A stretch of DNA of 63,231 nt, filler included, from Chiloscyllium plagiosum (Eukaryota), in the NCBI RefSeq assembly GCF_004010195.1. It is 4 parts of one record of this genome, joined end to end, with 100 filler letters (N's around TTAATTAATTAA, not from the genome) between each part and the next. Parts side by side here need not be neighbours in the genome. Positions count along the whole stretch, not along the records: positions 31,001 to 51,959 come from NC_057714.1; positions 52,060 to 63,231 come from NC_057714.1; 2 more parts are not named here. The stretch is one strand, 5' to 3'. The notes under the pieces are model-generated. The model was not told the origin of the DNA, made no database searches, and worked only from the letters and a program-made list of their open reading frames with translations. Positions 50,601 through 62,896 of this stretch are shown here, piece by piece. Numbering within the stretch: position 1 is the first letter of the stretch; each line of letters begins with the position of its first letter. The position numbers and the translations under genes are program-made.

Positions 50601-51098
50601 ATTATGGAAGATTTTTGTCCATTGTTATGTTTCAGGACAATGTCTTTAATTTAAAATAAAATGAAGGAAGTCACGTGACCTCTTCTGAAGAATGCCCGAT
50701 TTCAAGCTGGAGTGATTTGCTTGTCAGAGTAAAAGGATATAGATTGTTTCATTGAGAAGACTGTTTACCTCTTTAGATAATAGCAGCAGCCTGCAGCCTA
50801 ACAGTGGGTAGACTTTGAGTCTGTGAAGTCCCAGGAAATTGTTGAGAAGGTCCAGTTGAAAACATTTATGCATCATGCTGCCCATTCACTTCCAAGATAA
50901 AAGATAGATGGGGTCCAAGTATAGCCAGTCATGATTTCTACCTGGACACAAAGCCAACATGATTCAAATTGCCATGGAGATGGGCTTTGAGAAAGGAAGG
51001 GTCTAAGGTATCCCAAAAACTCGCAAATGCTGTTAGTCTGCTGGGATATGGGAGAGAGAGAGAGAGAGCAGCTATAGACAAGAAGCCGTGATATGTTA

Positions 51099-51854
51099 CA
51101 TAGAACATAGAACATAGAAGAATACAGCGCAGTATAGGCCCTTCGGCCCTCGATGTTGCGCCGATCCAAGCCCACCTAACCTACACTAGCCCACTATCCT
51201 CCATATGCCTATCCAATGCCCGCTTAAATGCCCATAATGAGGGAGAGTCCACCACTGCTACTGGCAGGGCATTCCATGAACTCACGACTCGCTGAGTAAA
51301 GAACCTACCCCTAACATCTGTCCTATAACTACCCCCCGCCCCTTAATTTAAAGCTATGCCCCCTTGTAATAGCTGACTCCACACATGGAAAAAGATTCTC
51401 ACTGTCGACCCTATCTAAACCCCTAATCATCTTGTACACCTCTATCAAGTCACCCCTAAACCTTCTTTTCTCCAATGAAAACAACCCCAAGTGCCTCAGC
51501 CTTTCCTCATACGATCTTTCTACCATACCAGGCAACATCCTGGTAAACCTCCTCTGCACCCGTTCCAGTGCCACCACATCCTTCCTATAGTATGGCGACC
51601 AAAACTGCACACAATACTCCAGATGCGGCCGCACCAGAGTACTATACAACTGCAACATGACCTCAGTACTCCGGAACTCAATTCCTCTACCAATAAAAGC
51701 CAGTACGCCATATGCCTCCTTCACCGCACTATTTACCTGGGTGGCAACTTTCAGAGATCTGTGTACATGGACACCAAGATCCCTCTGCTCATCCACACTA
51801 CCAAGTATCCGACCATTAGCCCAGTACCCCATCTATTAGCCCAGTACCCCATCT
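51099..51854 (-). mobile_element. Young CR1 LINE 3' end
   Basis: Clean 167-aa frame ...RDLGVHVHRSLK...VRPHLEYCVQFWSPYYRKD...GDLIEVYKMIRGLD, an (ttctatg)n tail, and a 20-bp tandem duplication at 51815-51854. Confidence 0.95.
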
Positions 51855-51959
51855 GCAAAGGAGCAACTTTTTCATGCAGAGGGTGGTGCGTGTATGGAAT
51901 GAGCTGCCAGAGGAAGTGGTGGAGGCTGGTACAATTACAACATTTAAAAGGCATCTGGA

Positions 51960-52059
51960 NNNNNNNNNNNNNNNNNNNNNNNNNNNNNNNNNNNNNNNNN
52001 NNNTTAATTAATTAANNNNNNNNNNNNNNNNNNNNNNNNNNNNNNNNNNNNNNNNNNNN
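51960..52059. other. Assembly gap with artificial linker
   Basis: 44 N + TTAATTAATTAA + 44 N. Confidence 0.97.
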
Positions 52060-52385
52060 GATGACAAGCAACATGAATTCGACTGGGACAACACTACTAT
52101 CACAGGTCAAGCCAGACAGAGAACAGCCAGGGAATTCCTAGAAGCTTGGCACTCATCCACAAACTCCATCGACAAACACATCGACCTGGACCCAATATAC
52201 CGGCCACTACAGCGGACAGCTGAAACTGACAACCGGAAGCGGCAGGGACAGGCCACTATAAATGCCGGAGGAAACACCACAGAAGCGCTTCACAGGAAGC
52301 TCCCAAGCACTGAGGATGTCACCTAGACAGGGGACGAAATGTTTGCAACAAAAATTTCCAGCTCGGTGAACAGAACCACAACAAT
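52060..52385 (+). mobile_element. PLE (another subfamily), ORF C-terminus and 3' end
   Basis: HEFDWDNTTITGQARQRTAREFLEAWHS (GIY-YIG C-terminus). Core gca-CTGAGGA-tgtc...ggac-GAAA-tgtt-tgc at 52307-52346. Confidence 0.88.
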
Positions 52386-52793
52386 GACATTTGTGGAGGT
52401 ACAGAGACAAATTAACTGAAATTCAATTCCCCAGATACCCATGTCTCATGTGCTCACATCTTCAGACCATTGGTCTGAAGTAATAAAACCTAAACACAAG
52501 TGCCCTCGAAACTCAGCAAGTCTGGCAGCATTCTCTCCAAGATGTGCATACTGAGAATCCACACACCTCTGGCGGTTAGCTAATGCAGATCCTCACCTTA
52601 AACATGAGGGGGAATGCTAACTGGCAACATCTGCAAAGAGAGAAATGGAGATCATGTTTAGCCTAACCTTACACCCAGAACCTCAACCTGAGCTACAAAT
52701 CTTCTCAAAACTCGCCAATGCTCTTTTCAGAACTGAAGTTGAGTTCGAACAAAGAATCACTGGACTTGAACTATTAACTCAGTTTCTCTCCAC

Positions 52794-53076
52794 AGATTAG
52801 ATTAGATTACTTACAGTATGGAAATAGGCCCTTCGGCCCAACAAGTCCACACCAACCCACAACCCCTACATTTTACCCCTTCACCTAACACTATGGGCAA
52901 TTTAGCATGGCCAATTCACCTAACCTGCACATTTTTGGACTGTGGGAGGAAACCAGAGCACCTGGAGGAAACCCACGCAGACAATGTGCAAACTCCACAC
53001 AGTCAGTCGCCTGAGGCGGGAATTGAACTCCGGTCTCTGGAGCTGCAAGGCAACAGTGCTAACTACTGTGCCGCCC
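52794..53076 (-). mobile_element. HE1-like SINE
   Basis: Reverse copy with (agatt)n tail. Confidence 0.9.
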
Positions 53077-55200
53077 AAAACATTCAGTAATTGCTGCTGT
53101 GTTACTAAGATCCGCTTTTTTTTTTATGAATTGAATTCAAACTCCACAAGTTACCATGGTGGGATTTGAACCCAGATGCCCAGATTATTAGCCTGAAGTC
53201 TCTAGATTACAGGCTAGTGACATTACCCATTATACCACCATCTCCACACAATGATAGTAGATCTGCTGAAATTCTCCAGCAACTTGTTTTTATTTCCGAT
53301 TTCAGCATCCACAGTATTTTGCTTTATTTTCCTCTGATTACTAGACCAGCTTTATCCACTAAAGACTCCCTACTCAGACTGTAAACCAAAACAAAGGAAC
53401 TTTGTCTCTTAAAAAAATCTTTCTTAAAAAAGACTGCGACCTAGAGTTCCATTCACACGAAAATCAAACATACTGTTTGATCTGGCAAGCTAGAGGAACT
53501 GACTATCAAAACCTAACTTCTTGTAACAATCATATTCAGTGCAAACTCTGGCTTTGATGCAACACCTCAGGCATCAAAAGAATGCATAAAGTCACATGGA
53601 AACATCAAAATAGGAGCAGGCTTAGGCCATTCAGCACATTGAACCTGTTCTGCCATTCAACATAATATCTGAACACCACATTCACATGCTCTCTCCATAT
53701 CCCTTTGATATCTATAGTCTCCAGAAGTCTATATGTCTCTTCATACAACAAACCTGCCATCCCAGGAATCAGACTGATCAACATTTGATGCACTCCCTCT
53801 TTGAAAAGTAGATCTTCACTTAGAGCAGAAACATTTGTCACAAGAAGCAACTCAATTGATAAATGTAACCACTACTGGTGAGCAGTGTTCCTTTTTTTTG
53901 CATAAGCTCTTACCTTTGGACATCAGAAATGTCATATTACAAATAAAATTGCAGATCAAAAATTTTCAAAAAGCATTTTTAACAATTTGTGACAATTACA
54001 TGCCATCTGGTGACCAGGCTGAAGTACAGGGTGACAACTTTATGTAAACAATAGTATTGACAGTGAATTCATTGACACAACTGTTTTACCATTGACATAT
54101 TGATGATTTACTCAAATGTAATACACATTTCCTTCTTGTTTTCATATCTCTATGGTTATGTTTCTCTTCCACTGCAATATGATACCCTGACCAACGCTAT
54201 CACCACAGCACCTACCGTCATTGCCAAGCATCTGAATGAGATACTCCAGACAATGTTACACCCCATGTAGTACAGTACTTTGCAGCTGCAGTCTTTTATC
54301 TTGCAAGTCATTGATGGCAAGGAAGCATCAGTTGTTGGCTAGATTAAAAAAAAAATTATCTCAAGCTCCATTTAATGCTACTTCCATTTGCCTTCGTCCA
54401 TTTACAGCAATAAGTAATCCCTACAGGACTAACCACGTTATCTTCACGTGATAGCAATTTTAAGAACAAATTCCACAAACAAAAAGAACAAAAATATTCA
54501 GATTTGAGAGGATTCTATCAGATTAGGAGAACCTACAGCATAAGATGGAAAGTCCTCCTGTGTTTGTTTTTTTCCCCAAGAAATGCAATCAGTTGCATAA
54601 CCTAATTGTTCACACTAATCTGGTGTGTTAAAAGCTCATGTTTCAACTACATATACACAAATGTAATGTTGCTGTTTGTTGACTTAAGTTGATTCCCTAA
54701 TCTTTCAATTTGAGGACTAAATAATTTCTCCTGAATGTAAATATCCATCACTCAAAATAGTGTCCAGCATCAAAATATAGATTAGTTAAATAAAAACAGC
54801 AAGAAAGAAATAGAATTAAGGATTTGAGTTAAAGATGAATCTTCGACAAACTTCAGTTCAGAAAATCTGTTTCACAGGAGTTGATTCTCTATTTCAAGCT
54901 GCAAGCTTCTCATATTATTAAAATATGCACGAAATACAAAGAATCTTGCACAGTGGAAAAACATTCTGTTAAAAACAAGAACACAGGTATTTAAATCAGT
55001 GATCCACTGCTATATTCAGTAAAAATCTAACATATGTTGAAATGTATAATGGACCAATTCAATTAGTGACTCTTCTTGCCATAGTTGATGACACATTTAA
55101 CTCTGGTTCAAGCTTCAGCCCCATCACTGGGTTCTAATCTCATTGGCACCCAAAGTGTTTGAGGTACCATGCTCTGACGTGGCTCCCAGTGGAAGTTAAC

Positions 55201-55917
55201 TGTTATGACACAGGGTAATCTCTCCTGCTTACTGTAAATCAGGAACACAGAATAGATTTATCCCATGCAGTAATCTGTGAAAATTTCAGAGGCCAAGAAC
55301 TAAAGTAAAAATTAACAACTTTATTTCTTCAAGTATAACAGAGAATAATTAACAACTATTTACAACTCCTCTCTAACCTATCTTTTACATTCCTTTCTAT
55401 AATCGGGGCTTTTATCAGACTAATATTTAAGATTTGCAAAACAAAACTTCTTATCTCAAAACCAGGCAGCTTTCAGTTTTCTCTGTATTCCTGTCTTCTT
55501 TTCTTCTTCTTGGGGATTTCTGCTTCACACGTTACTGATCGATAAAGGTACTTTTTAAGAGAGCTATTATTCAGCCAGTCTTTACATGCTGGTAGCTTGG
55601 CAGTTCTCCTCTAAGCTGGTCACTTTTCTCTGGTCTTATACCCTCAAAGCATCAGATTGTGTCATTGGCTTCTAAGATTGTCAATATACTAAATTCAAAT
55701 GGGATTGCAGTTTGGTTTTTTTCAGGGTATAATTTAAACTGATTGGCCTAATTCGAATCTGTTCTGTTATTTCCAGGCAACCAGCTACCCTAGCCATCCC
55801 AGTAGCTGGAGTACATGTTACACTGTATCTTTTTGCAGAACACTTGGTGCTGTCGGGTAGTTTTTGCTAGCTTTTAACTATCTTAAAAAGATACAGTACA
55901 TCCACATCTTCATAACA
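55201..55917 (-). mobile_element. Solo LTR, same family as 34896-35604
   Basis: Termini TGTTATGA...TCATAACA with a perfect 4-bp TSD TAAC (55197-55200, 55918-55921). Confidence 0.88.
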
Positions 55918-56044
55918 TAACCATCACATGGCTCCATTTAAAGAGCACCGAATCTCTAGCCAACACCTTCCCCAAATCCATCTCACCAAATTCACTTGAA
56001 CTTGCAAGTAACGGCAAAATATGCATATGCTGGAAATCTAAGTC

Positions 56045-56965
56045 TATAAGATAATAAGAAACACGAACAGGAGAAGACCATTTGGTCCCTCAAGTCTGCA
56101 ACACCATCCAATAGGATCATGGCTGATGTGACATTCCTCATATGCACTTTCCTGCTCCTTCCCTATAACCCTCTATTTCCCTACTGAACAAGAATCTATC
56201 TCAACCTTCAAAACACACAAGGACTCTGCCGTCATAGCATTCTGTGTAATAGAGTTCCAAAGACTCATTCATCATAGAAATTTCTCCTCATCTCTGTCTA
56301 AAACGGCACCCCTTTGTTCTGAGCCTATGTTCTCTAGTCCTAGACACTCCCATAACGAGAAACATCTAAGCACTTCCTCGATCAAACCCCTTAAGAATTA
56401 TATGTTTCAATGAGATAACCTCTCATTTTTCTCATTCCAGTGATTAGAGTCCCAACCTGTTCAGCATTTGCTCCTCAGACAATGTCTTCACACAAATCCT
56501 CTCCCAAGCATCCTCATGACCTTCTCTGAACTGCTTCCAATGAAATAGTATATTTGCTTAAATAAGAGACCAAAACTGCTCATAGTACTCCAAACAAAGA
56601 AGAGAGATTACTTGATAGAGGTGTACAAGGTAATGAGAGGCACTGATCAAGTAGCCAGAGACTTTTTCCCAGGTCAGAAATGGCTGTCACGAGGGGCCAT
56701 AATTTTGAAGTGATTGGAGGAAGTTTTGGGGAGATGTCAGAGGTAGGTTCTTTATACAGAGTGTGGTGGTTGCGTGGAATGCACTGCCAGCGGTGTCGTA
56801 GAGTCAGAGACATTATGGTAATTTAAGCAACTGCTGGACAAGCACATGGATGGCAGTAAATTGAAGGGTGTGTAGGTTATGTTGATCTTAGATTAAGATC
56901 AATGCTCAGCACAACATCGTTGGCTGAAGGGCCTGTATTGTGCTGTACTGTTTTATATTCTATGT
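56045..56965. mobile_element. Two CR1 3' fragments: about 56045-56592 (-) and 56595-56965 (+)
   Basis: Typical CR1 C-terminal motifs and tails in opposite orientations. Confidence 0.8.
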
Positions 56966-57019
56966 GGTCTCAACAGCATCTTACACAGTTGCAGCAAGAT
57001 CTTCCTCCCATTGACAAGA

Positions 57020-57190
57020 CAGGTCGTACCCTCCATCTGCCTTCATGTATCCCCACTTCACCACCCTGCCTCCGCCAACCCCACACACTCACCCCCAGTC
57101 CTGAAGAAAGGTTACACCTGAAACGTCCACTTCTCCACCTCCTGATGCTGCCTGACTTGCTGTGTTCATCCAGCCTCCTGCCTGTCTGCT
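57020..57190 (+). mobile_element. PLE 3' end with hammerhead-like core
   Basis: gtc-CTGAAGA-aaggttacacct-GAAA-cGTC at 57098-57127. Confidence 0.7.
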
Positions 57191-58307
57191 TGCTGACTGT
57201 CTATTCTGCTAATCAGAGTCTGAAAATTAATTATCCTTTCCCAAGGCATTATGTTATGTTTTTAAATTTAAAAACCTCCAAGAACATGCAGGTGCTTCTC
57301 AGAGAAAAAAAGGCAACTTAAGATTAAAATCAAAATAACAATAATATTCTATATATAGAATACAAAAGTTAATGCAGGAAATATTCAGCAAGATATTCCA
57401 GGTTGATTACCTTCCAACAGAACTCAGAGATATTCCACATATTCTCTTCCACTGCAGTCAACACGAATGCAAATTTTACTGATTGAAGTAATGTTTTCTA
57501 CAATTGCGGTTTCATATTAAATTCACTTTCGAGAAAAGTTTCACTAAATGCGTTGTGGCATTTACCTTTACCTGATTGTTTTCTTGCTATGAAAGACATG
57601 AATTTCAGAGGTTTCAAAACAACTGTCTTCTCAGATGGGGAATTGGAACTAACAACATCTACAACAATTCTAATTTCAAAATGATATAATACAGTAGGAC
57701 TGAATTTGCTCTTGTAAAGAGCTTTCCAAAGCATGGACCAGACTGCAAGTCAGCTGAAAATTTGGGATTGAGAGTTCCAAGAGGGAGCTTCCTCTGTTAT
57801 TTTTTGACTTGCCCACCCCATTCCAACACTAGCACCTCCACATCACATCTTCAACAGATAGGCCATTCCTTTCACCTCTACAGATCTCCTCTCACCATCT
57901 ACTACAACCACCATTGCAAGAGTTTACATAGTGTGTGAATTGCTTAAAACCTTACCTAGATTCTTATAGTAATAAGGGCAAAAACCAATGGCTGGATTTC
58001 AAACCAATGGCTGCAGAGTATTAGCCTGGTATTCTGGATTACTAAAATTTCTGGAATACAAGAAGTGTTTTGTACATTATCCTATACTTTCGATGACATG
58101 GAAACTAAATTTACTCAATCTACAATAAAGAGAAACCATAAGCACAGCTAAAAACTTCAATTACATAATTAATCATTTACAACTAACTAATTTTGCCTGA
58201 TTGAATTAAGTAGTTCTGGCTGTTTGTCCAATTTCAGGGAAAGTGGTGGCACAGTGATAATGTCACTGGGCTAGTAATCCAGAATACCAGGATAATACCA
58301 GCTCACA

Positions 58308-58892
58308 AAGATAAGCTGCAGAGTTGGGCTGAGAGGTGGCAAATGAAGTTGAAAGCGGACAAGTGTGAGGTGATTCACTTTGGTCGGAGTAACCAGAATG
58401 CAAAGTACTGGGCTAATGGCTTTGGAAAGGGTGCAGAGGAGATTTACTAGGATGTTGCCTGGTATGGAGGGAATGTCTTACGAGGAAAGGCTGAGGGACT
58501 TGAGGCTGTTTTCGTTGGAGAGAAGAAGGTTGAGAGGTGACTTAATAGAGACAGATAAGATAATCAGAGCGTTAGATAGGGTGGACAGGGAGAGCCTTTT
58601 TCCAAGTATGGTGACGGTGAGCACGAGGGGGCATAGCTTTAAATTGAGGGGTGACAGATATAGGACAGATGTCAGAGGTAGTTTCTTTACTCAGAGAGTA
58701 GTAAGGGTATGGAATGCTTTGCCTGCAACGGTAGTAGATTTGCCAACTTTAAGTGCATTTAAGTTGTCATTGGACAAGCATATGGACGTACATGGAATAG
58801 TGTAGGTTGGATGGGCTTCAGATTGGTGTGACAGGTCGGCGCAACATCGAGGGCCGAAGGGCCTGTACTGCACTGTAATGCTCTATGTTCTA
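58308..58892 (+). mobile_element. CR1 LINE 3' end (internally deleted)
   Basis: ALERVQRRFTRMLPGMEGMSYEERLRDLRLFSLERRRLRGDLIET...WNALPATVV. Confidence 0.92.
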
Positions 58893-59189
58893 CGTTAATA
58901 CTCTGCAGCCATTGGTTTGAATTCCAACAAAACTGATGATAAAAGTTTAATTCAATAAAAAGTATAAAATTAAAAGCTAGCCAACAATCACCCACAGTTG
59001 ATTCTTCAGAAGGTCAGTGTGGAATTGTTGGGCCGAAGAGTCTGTTTCCACAGTGAAGGGAATCTAGTCTAGTCTAATCTAATCATGTAGACATTCACTT
59101 GTGTTGTCACAGCCTCTGGTACTGTAAGTCAAGAAGTGGAAAATGAGTGCAAAGTTGCCTCTTTCAACAGGCAGGTTAGTAGCATTGGT

Positions 59190-61515
59190 AGGGCAGTGGA
59201 GAAGTAGTTGGCACCAGCTAAATTCCTAATGAATAATGGGGCAGGGTGGGGGGGGATTTACAGTGTGCAACTATGGACATTGTGGTAATGAATTCTGCAG
59301 CACAAAAACTCTTTAATAATGGATTGTTTGAAAAAATTCACACAATAATAAATGACATGCTTCATAAACACAGACCAACAGTTCCAAAACTACATCTGCA
59401 TTGGCATGGGAAGTCTGTGCAAAGAAATCACTAAAAATGCTTGTGGTCTCTAAAGTAAATCAATTGTGTTTTAGGAGAAATTCAAAATTTCCTTCATCAT
59501 GATCATTCTTGACTTGGGAATACCTACAATTAGCTTCACTTTTTCTTAGCATCTGAATGCCTTGCACAGTGGGAAGGGTTCAGTATCATCTAAGGCCAAT
59601 CAAAATGAATTCTTATCTGAAGGACATGGTACCTGGCAATATAGACATGTAGCAAGAACAGAAAGATCTGGGTAAGGTAGTATGATTTTACAGCGCGCCA
59701 ACAAACTGTTAGGGTGCATTCCTAGAGCTTAACTAACACTGATTACAGACCTACAAAATCTCTATGTGTTACAAAAAAGTGACGAAGCATAATGCACTTC
59801 CTTTACACATATATCCTTATAATTATTAAGGGCCATATTTTGGCCAAAGGGGTGAGTAAACAAGGACAAAATGATACACAGCTCGGACAAGGCTATATTC
59901 CCAGAGAACAACAACAGCAAGTTGACACGATGGTGAAAGGAGAATGTGTGAATGGGCAATGCCACTATTAAATGGAGGCAGGGAAAGCTAGCAAATACAA
60001 ACGTCAGCTCAGTGATAGGATAGTGATAGGAGGTAAGATCAATAAATGGGGAAAAACTAGATCAAACATAGAAGGACAGAAAACACAAGTTCTGGAATTG
60101 GAAGTGATTTTTGTTTCCATGAAAAAATAACAGACTTACAAAGGGAATTCTATTCATCAGATGGAGTAATTGTGTTGATATTTGTAGAATAAGGTGGGAG
60201 CAGCAAGTAGAGGTTGTAGTTTGACAAATAAAAGAACTACGATCAGGGTGGGAACACCATAACACATATGGGCCCAAATGATTGAGTTATTTTGATGGCT
60301 ACTAATGAATAGAAGTTTTATTTGACTATGTAAAAGCCAGTGATATAGAAGGGAAAATACAGAAATTAAACAAGCAAGGCGATGAATTGGATGATGTAGT
60401 GACGGTATAGTATTTCAGTTCAACAAAAGTAGGTTGTGTTCAACTTAAAGCAGATGCAACAATGCTCGATAAGTATCACAGAGGTAAATTGGCAGATAGC
60501 TTTACAACACACATTGGTAATTTCCTTTGGGGTGGGGTCCTCGGAATTAGAGTGATGGATCAATGATAAAATAAAAAGGGAATTTAAGGTTGAAAATCAG
60601 ATTTTGAAGGCCATTAAGTACATAGGTTTATACAAAAAGCAGAATATGTCAGGAGTAACTTTGGATCAACAGTCTCACTTGGAACTTGTTAACTGCATCC
60701 AGATAAATTGGGGTCATCAGAAAAATGATTTTGCATCCAGGGAAGGCACAGACCAGTTAATGGGTCTGCTTTCACAGTTAAACCGATTATACAGTCAAAC
60801 AAGACTCCATGTCAATTATAATATTTGAAAGAGTACTATGAAGCAACTATTGATGAAGTCTCAAGTGCAAATAATACATTCAAGAAATTAAGTTCAGAAA
60901 AACGCAAGCTTGGATTTCTAGCATTGCCTGACCCAGAAGAAATGAATCGAGTCTTTTAAACAAAGTTACACATGCCAACCTTTCCGTTTGTTCTTCAGGC
61001 CCAGCAAAGGGATAAGAATGAGAACTGTTGTCCATTAGCCTGGAAAGTCATGAGAAAATTGAAATGGTAGTTCAGTATCTGAGTTGCTGAAACACTGGCA
61101 TGAGTAAAAGACAGAGGTCCATGGGGGCTATTTATTCAATATTCAAAATGAAACCATTTAAAAGGGACAATCTGAGACAATTCTGCTCACATGTTATGTG
61201 AAAACTGTTCACTTTGGGACAATATACATTTCACCAACAGCATCATTGAGGAAAGGTTGAAGATTGAAATTACTTGTACAAAGACAATGTTAGAAAGAAA
61301 AGATTCCCAAAATGAACTGGACTGATGTAAGTCATAAGTTGTCATACTGTTTCACAACAAAAAGCTACTTGCTCCAACAAATTATCCGAGATCTCAAAGA
61401 CAGACCCCGATGCTGTGAGGAGTGATTAAAATAAAAAGAAAAAAAGTCAGTGTGTGTTTGGGTCACTTTCTGATTAAATCTTTTTTTGTTCAAAGGAAGA
61501 AAGGGGAGTATTGTA
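59190..61515 (+). mobile_element. Decayed Ty1/Copia LTR retrotransposon pol (integrase, RT, RNase H), GalEa-like
   Basis: Integrase: APAKFLMNNG, IVVMNSAAQKLFNNGLFEK, LAWEVCAKKSL, HLNALHSG. RT: EGKIQKLNK, VGCVQLKAD, HIGNFLWGG, AIKYIGL..KQ..GVTLDQQSHL, QLNRLYSQTR. RNase H: NCCPLAWK, VAETLA, EERLKIE. Purine tract aaaggaagaaaggggag at about 61492-61508. Confidence 0.8.
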
Positions 61516-61679
61516 CAGAATCTGAAAAAATATATTGTGTTAGTCGTATAATACTGAATGTGGAAAAAAATGCTTACGTCTGATTACTTTTGATCAAGGA
61601 TTGTCATCATGTTTTCAGAAACACTTTGCTTAAACAGTAGAATATGTTAAAATTAGTAGTTAAGGTGACTGGGGTTAAT

Positions 61680-62895
61680 TGATTGGCTTTTGCCCGAAAC
61701 GTCGATTTTCCTGCTCCTCGGATGCTGCCTGATTTGCTGTGCTTTTCCAGCACCACTCTAATCTAGGCTGAGCTGAGCTCCATGCAGGTGCCATGGCTAC
61801 CCCTTTGGTTTGAAGGAAGTGGGAGGATTGGAAGGAGAGGAGAAAGTGAGGACTGCAGATGCTGGAGATCAGAGCTGAAAATGTATTGCTGGAAAAGCGC
61901 AGCAGGTCAGGCAGCATCCCAGGAGCAGGAGAATCGATGTTTCGGGCATGAGCCCTTCTTCAGGAATGAGCTGAAGGGCTCATGCCCAAAAAGTCGATTC
62001 TCCTGCTCCTGGGATGCTGCCTGACCTGCTGCACTTTTCCAGCAACACATTTTCAGCTCTGATTGGAAGGAGAGGTTGTTGAGGGTAAGGACAAGTTCAG
62101 CCAGAGGATGGAAGGGTACTGGTTGGGACAGTGTGAGAGAAAGAAACGGAGTGCTTGGGGGCCTTCATCGTGGTGGATGGATGTGTACAGGGACTGGATG
62201 TTCATGATGAAGATAAGGCATTGGGGGCCAGGTAAACGAAAGTCTTGGTGAAGGGCGTAGGTGGTGTCCCGAACATAGCTGGCAAGTTCCTGGACTGAGC
62301 GGTATGCAGAATGGAGTTCAGCGGGACAGGAACAGGCTGAGACAATGGGTCAACCGGGCAGGTCAGGTTTGTGACTCTTTGGTAGGAGGTAAAACCAGGT
62401 GGTGCAGTGCTCACGGATGATGAAGCTGGAGGCTGTGGATGGGGATCCCCTTCCTGGACCTCTCCATCTCCAGCAACCGACATGGACGCCCAACAACTCC
62501 CACAGGTACTGAGACTACACCTCCGCCAACCCTATATCCTGTAAAAATGCCATCCCCTTCCCCAATTCCTCCACCTCCGCCACATCTGTTCCCAATAAGA
62601 GCAATTCCACCTTAGAGAAACCCAGATGGCCTACTCCATCCAAGCTCACAATTTCCCTTCCCATGTAATCAATGATGCCCTCCAGCGCATCTCCTTGGCT
62701 TCCCGCACCTCCACTCTTGAACGCCACCCCTCCCAACACAAGGACAGGAACCTCACCCCCCACCCCAGTCCTCACCTTCCACCCCTTATACATCACATCG
62801 TCCTCCACGACTTCCACCATCTACAAATTGAACCCACCACCAGAGATATATTTCCCGCCCGACCCATACCAGCATTCCAGAGACCATTCTCTCCA
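61680..62895. mobile_element. Cluster of rearranged PLE pieces (tails in both orientations, RT fragments on - and +)
   Basis: Inverted tails at 61838-62062. Minus-strand RT piece to about 62450. Plus-strand thumb region (CKNAIPFPQFLHLRHICS) at about 62450-62895. Confidence 0.8.
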
Positions 62896-62896
62896 T

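Noticed and set aside
50623..51098. Possible 5' half of an LTR starting tgttatg
   Set aside because: The other end is lost to the CR1 insertion and gap, so it cannot be verified.
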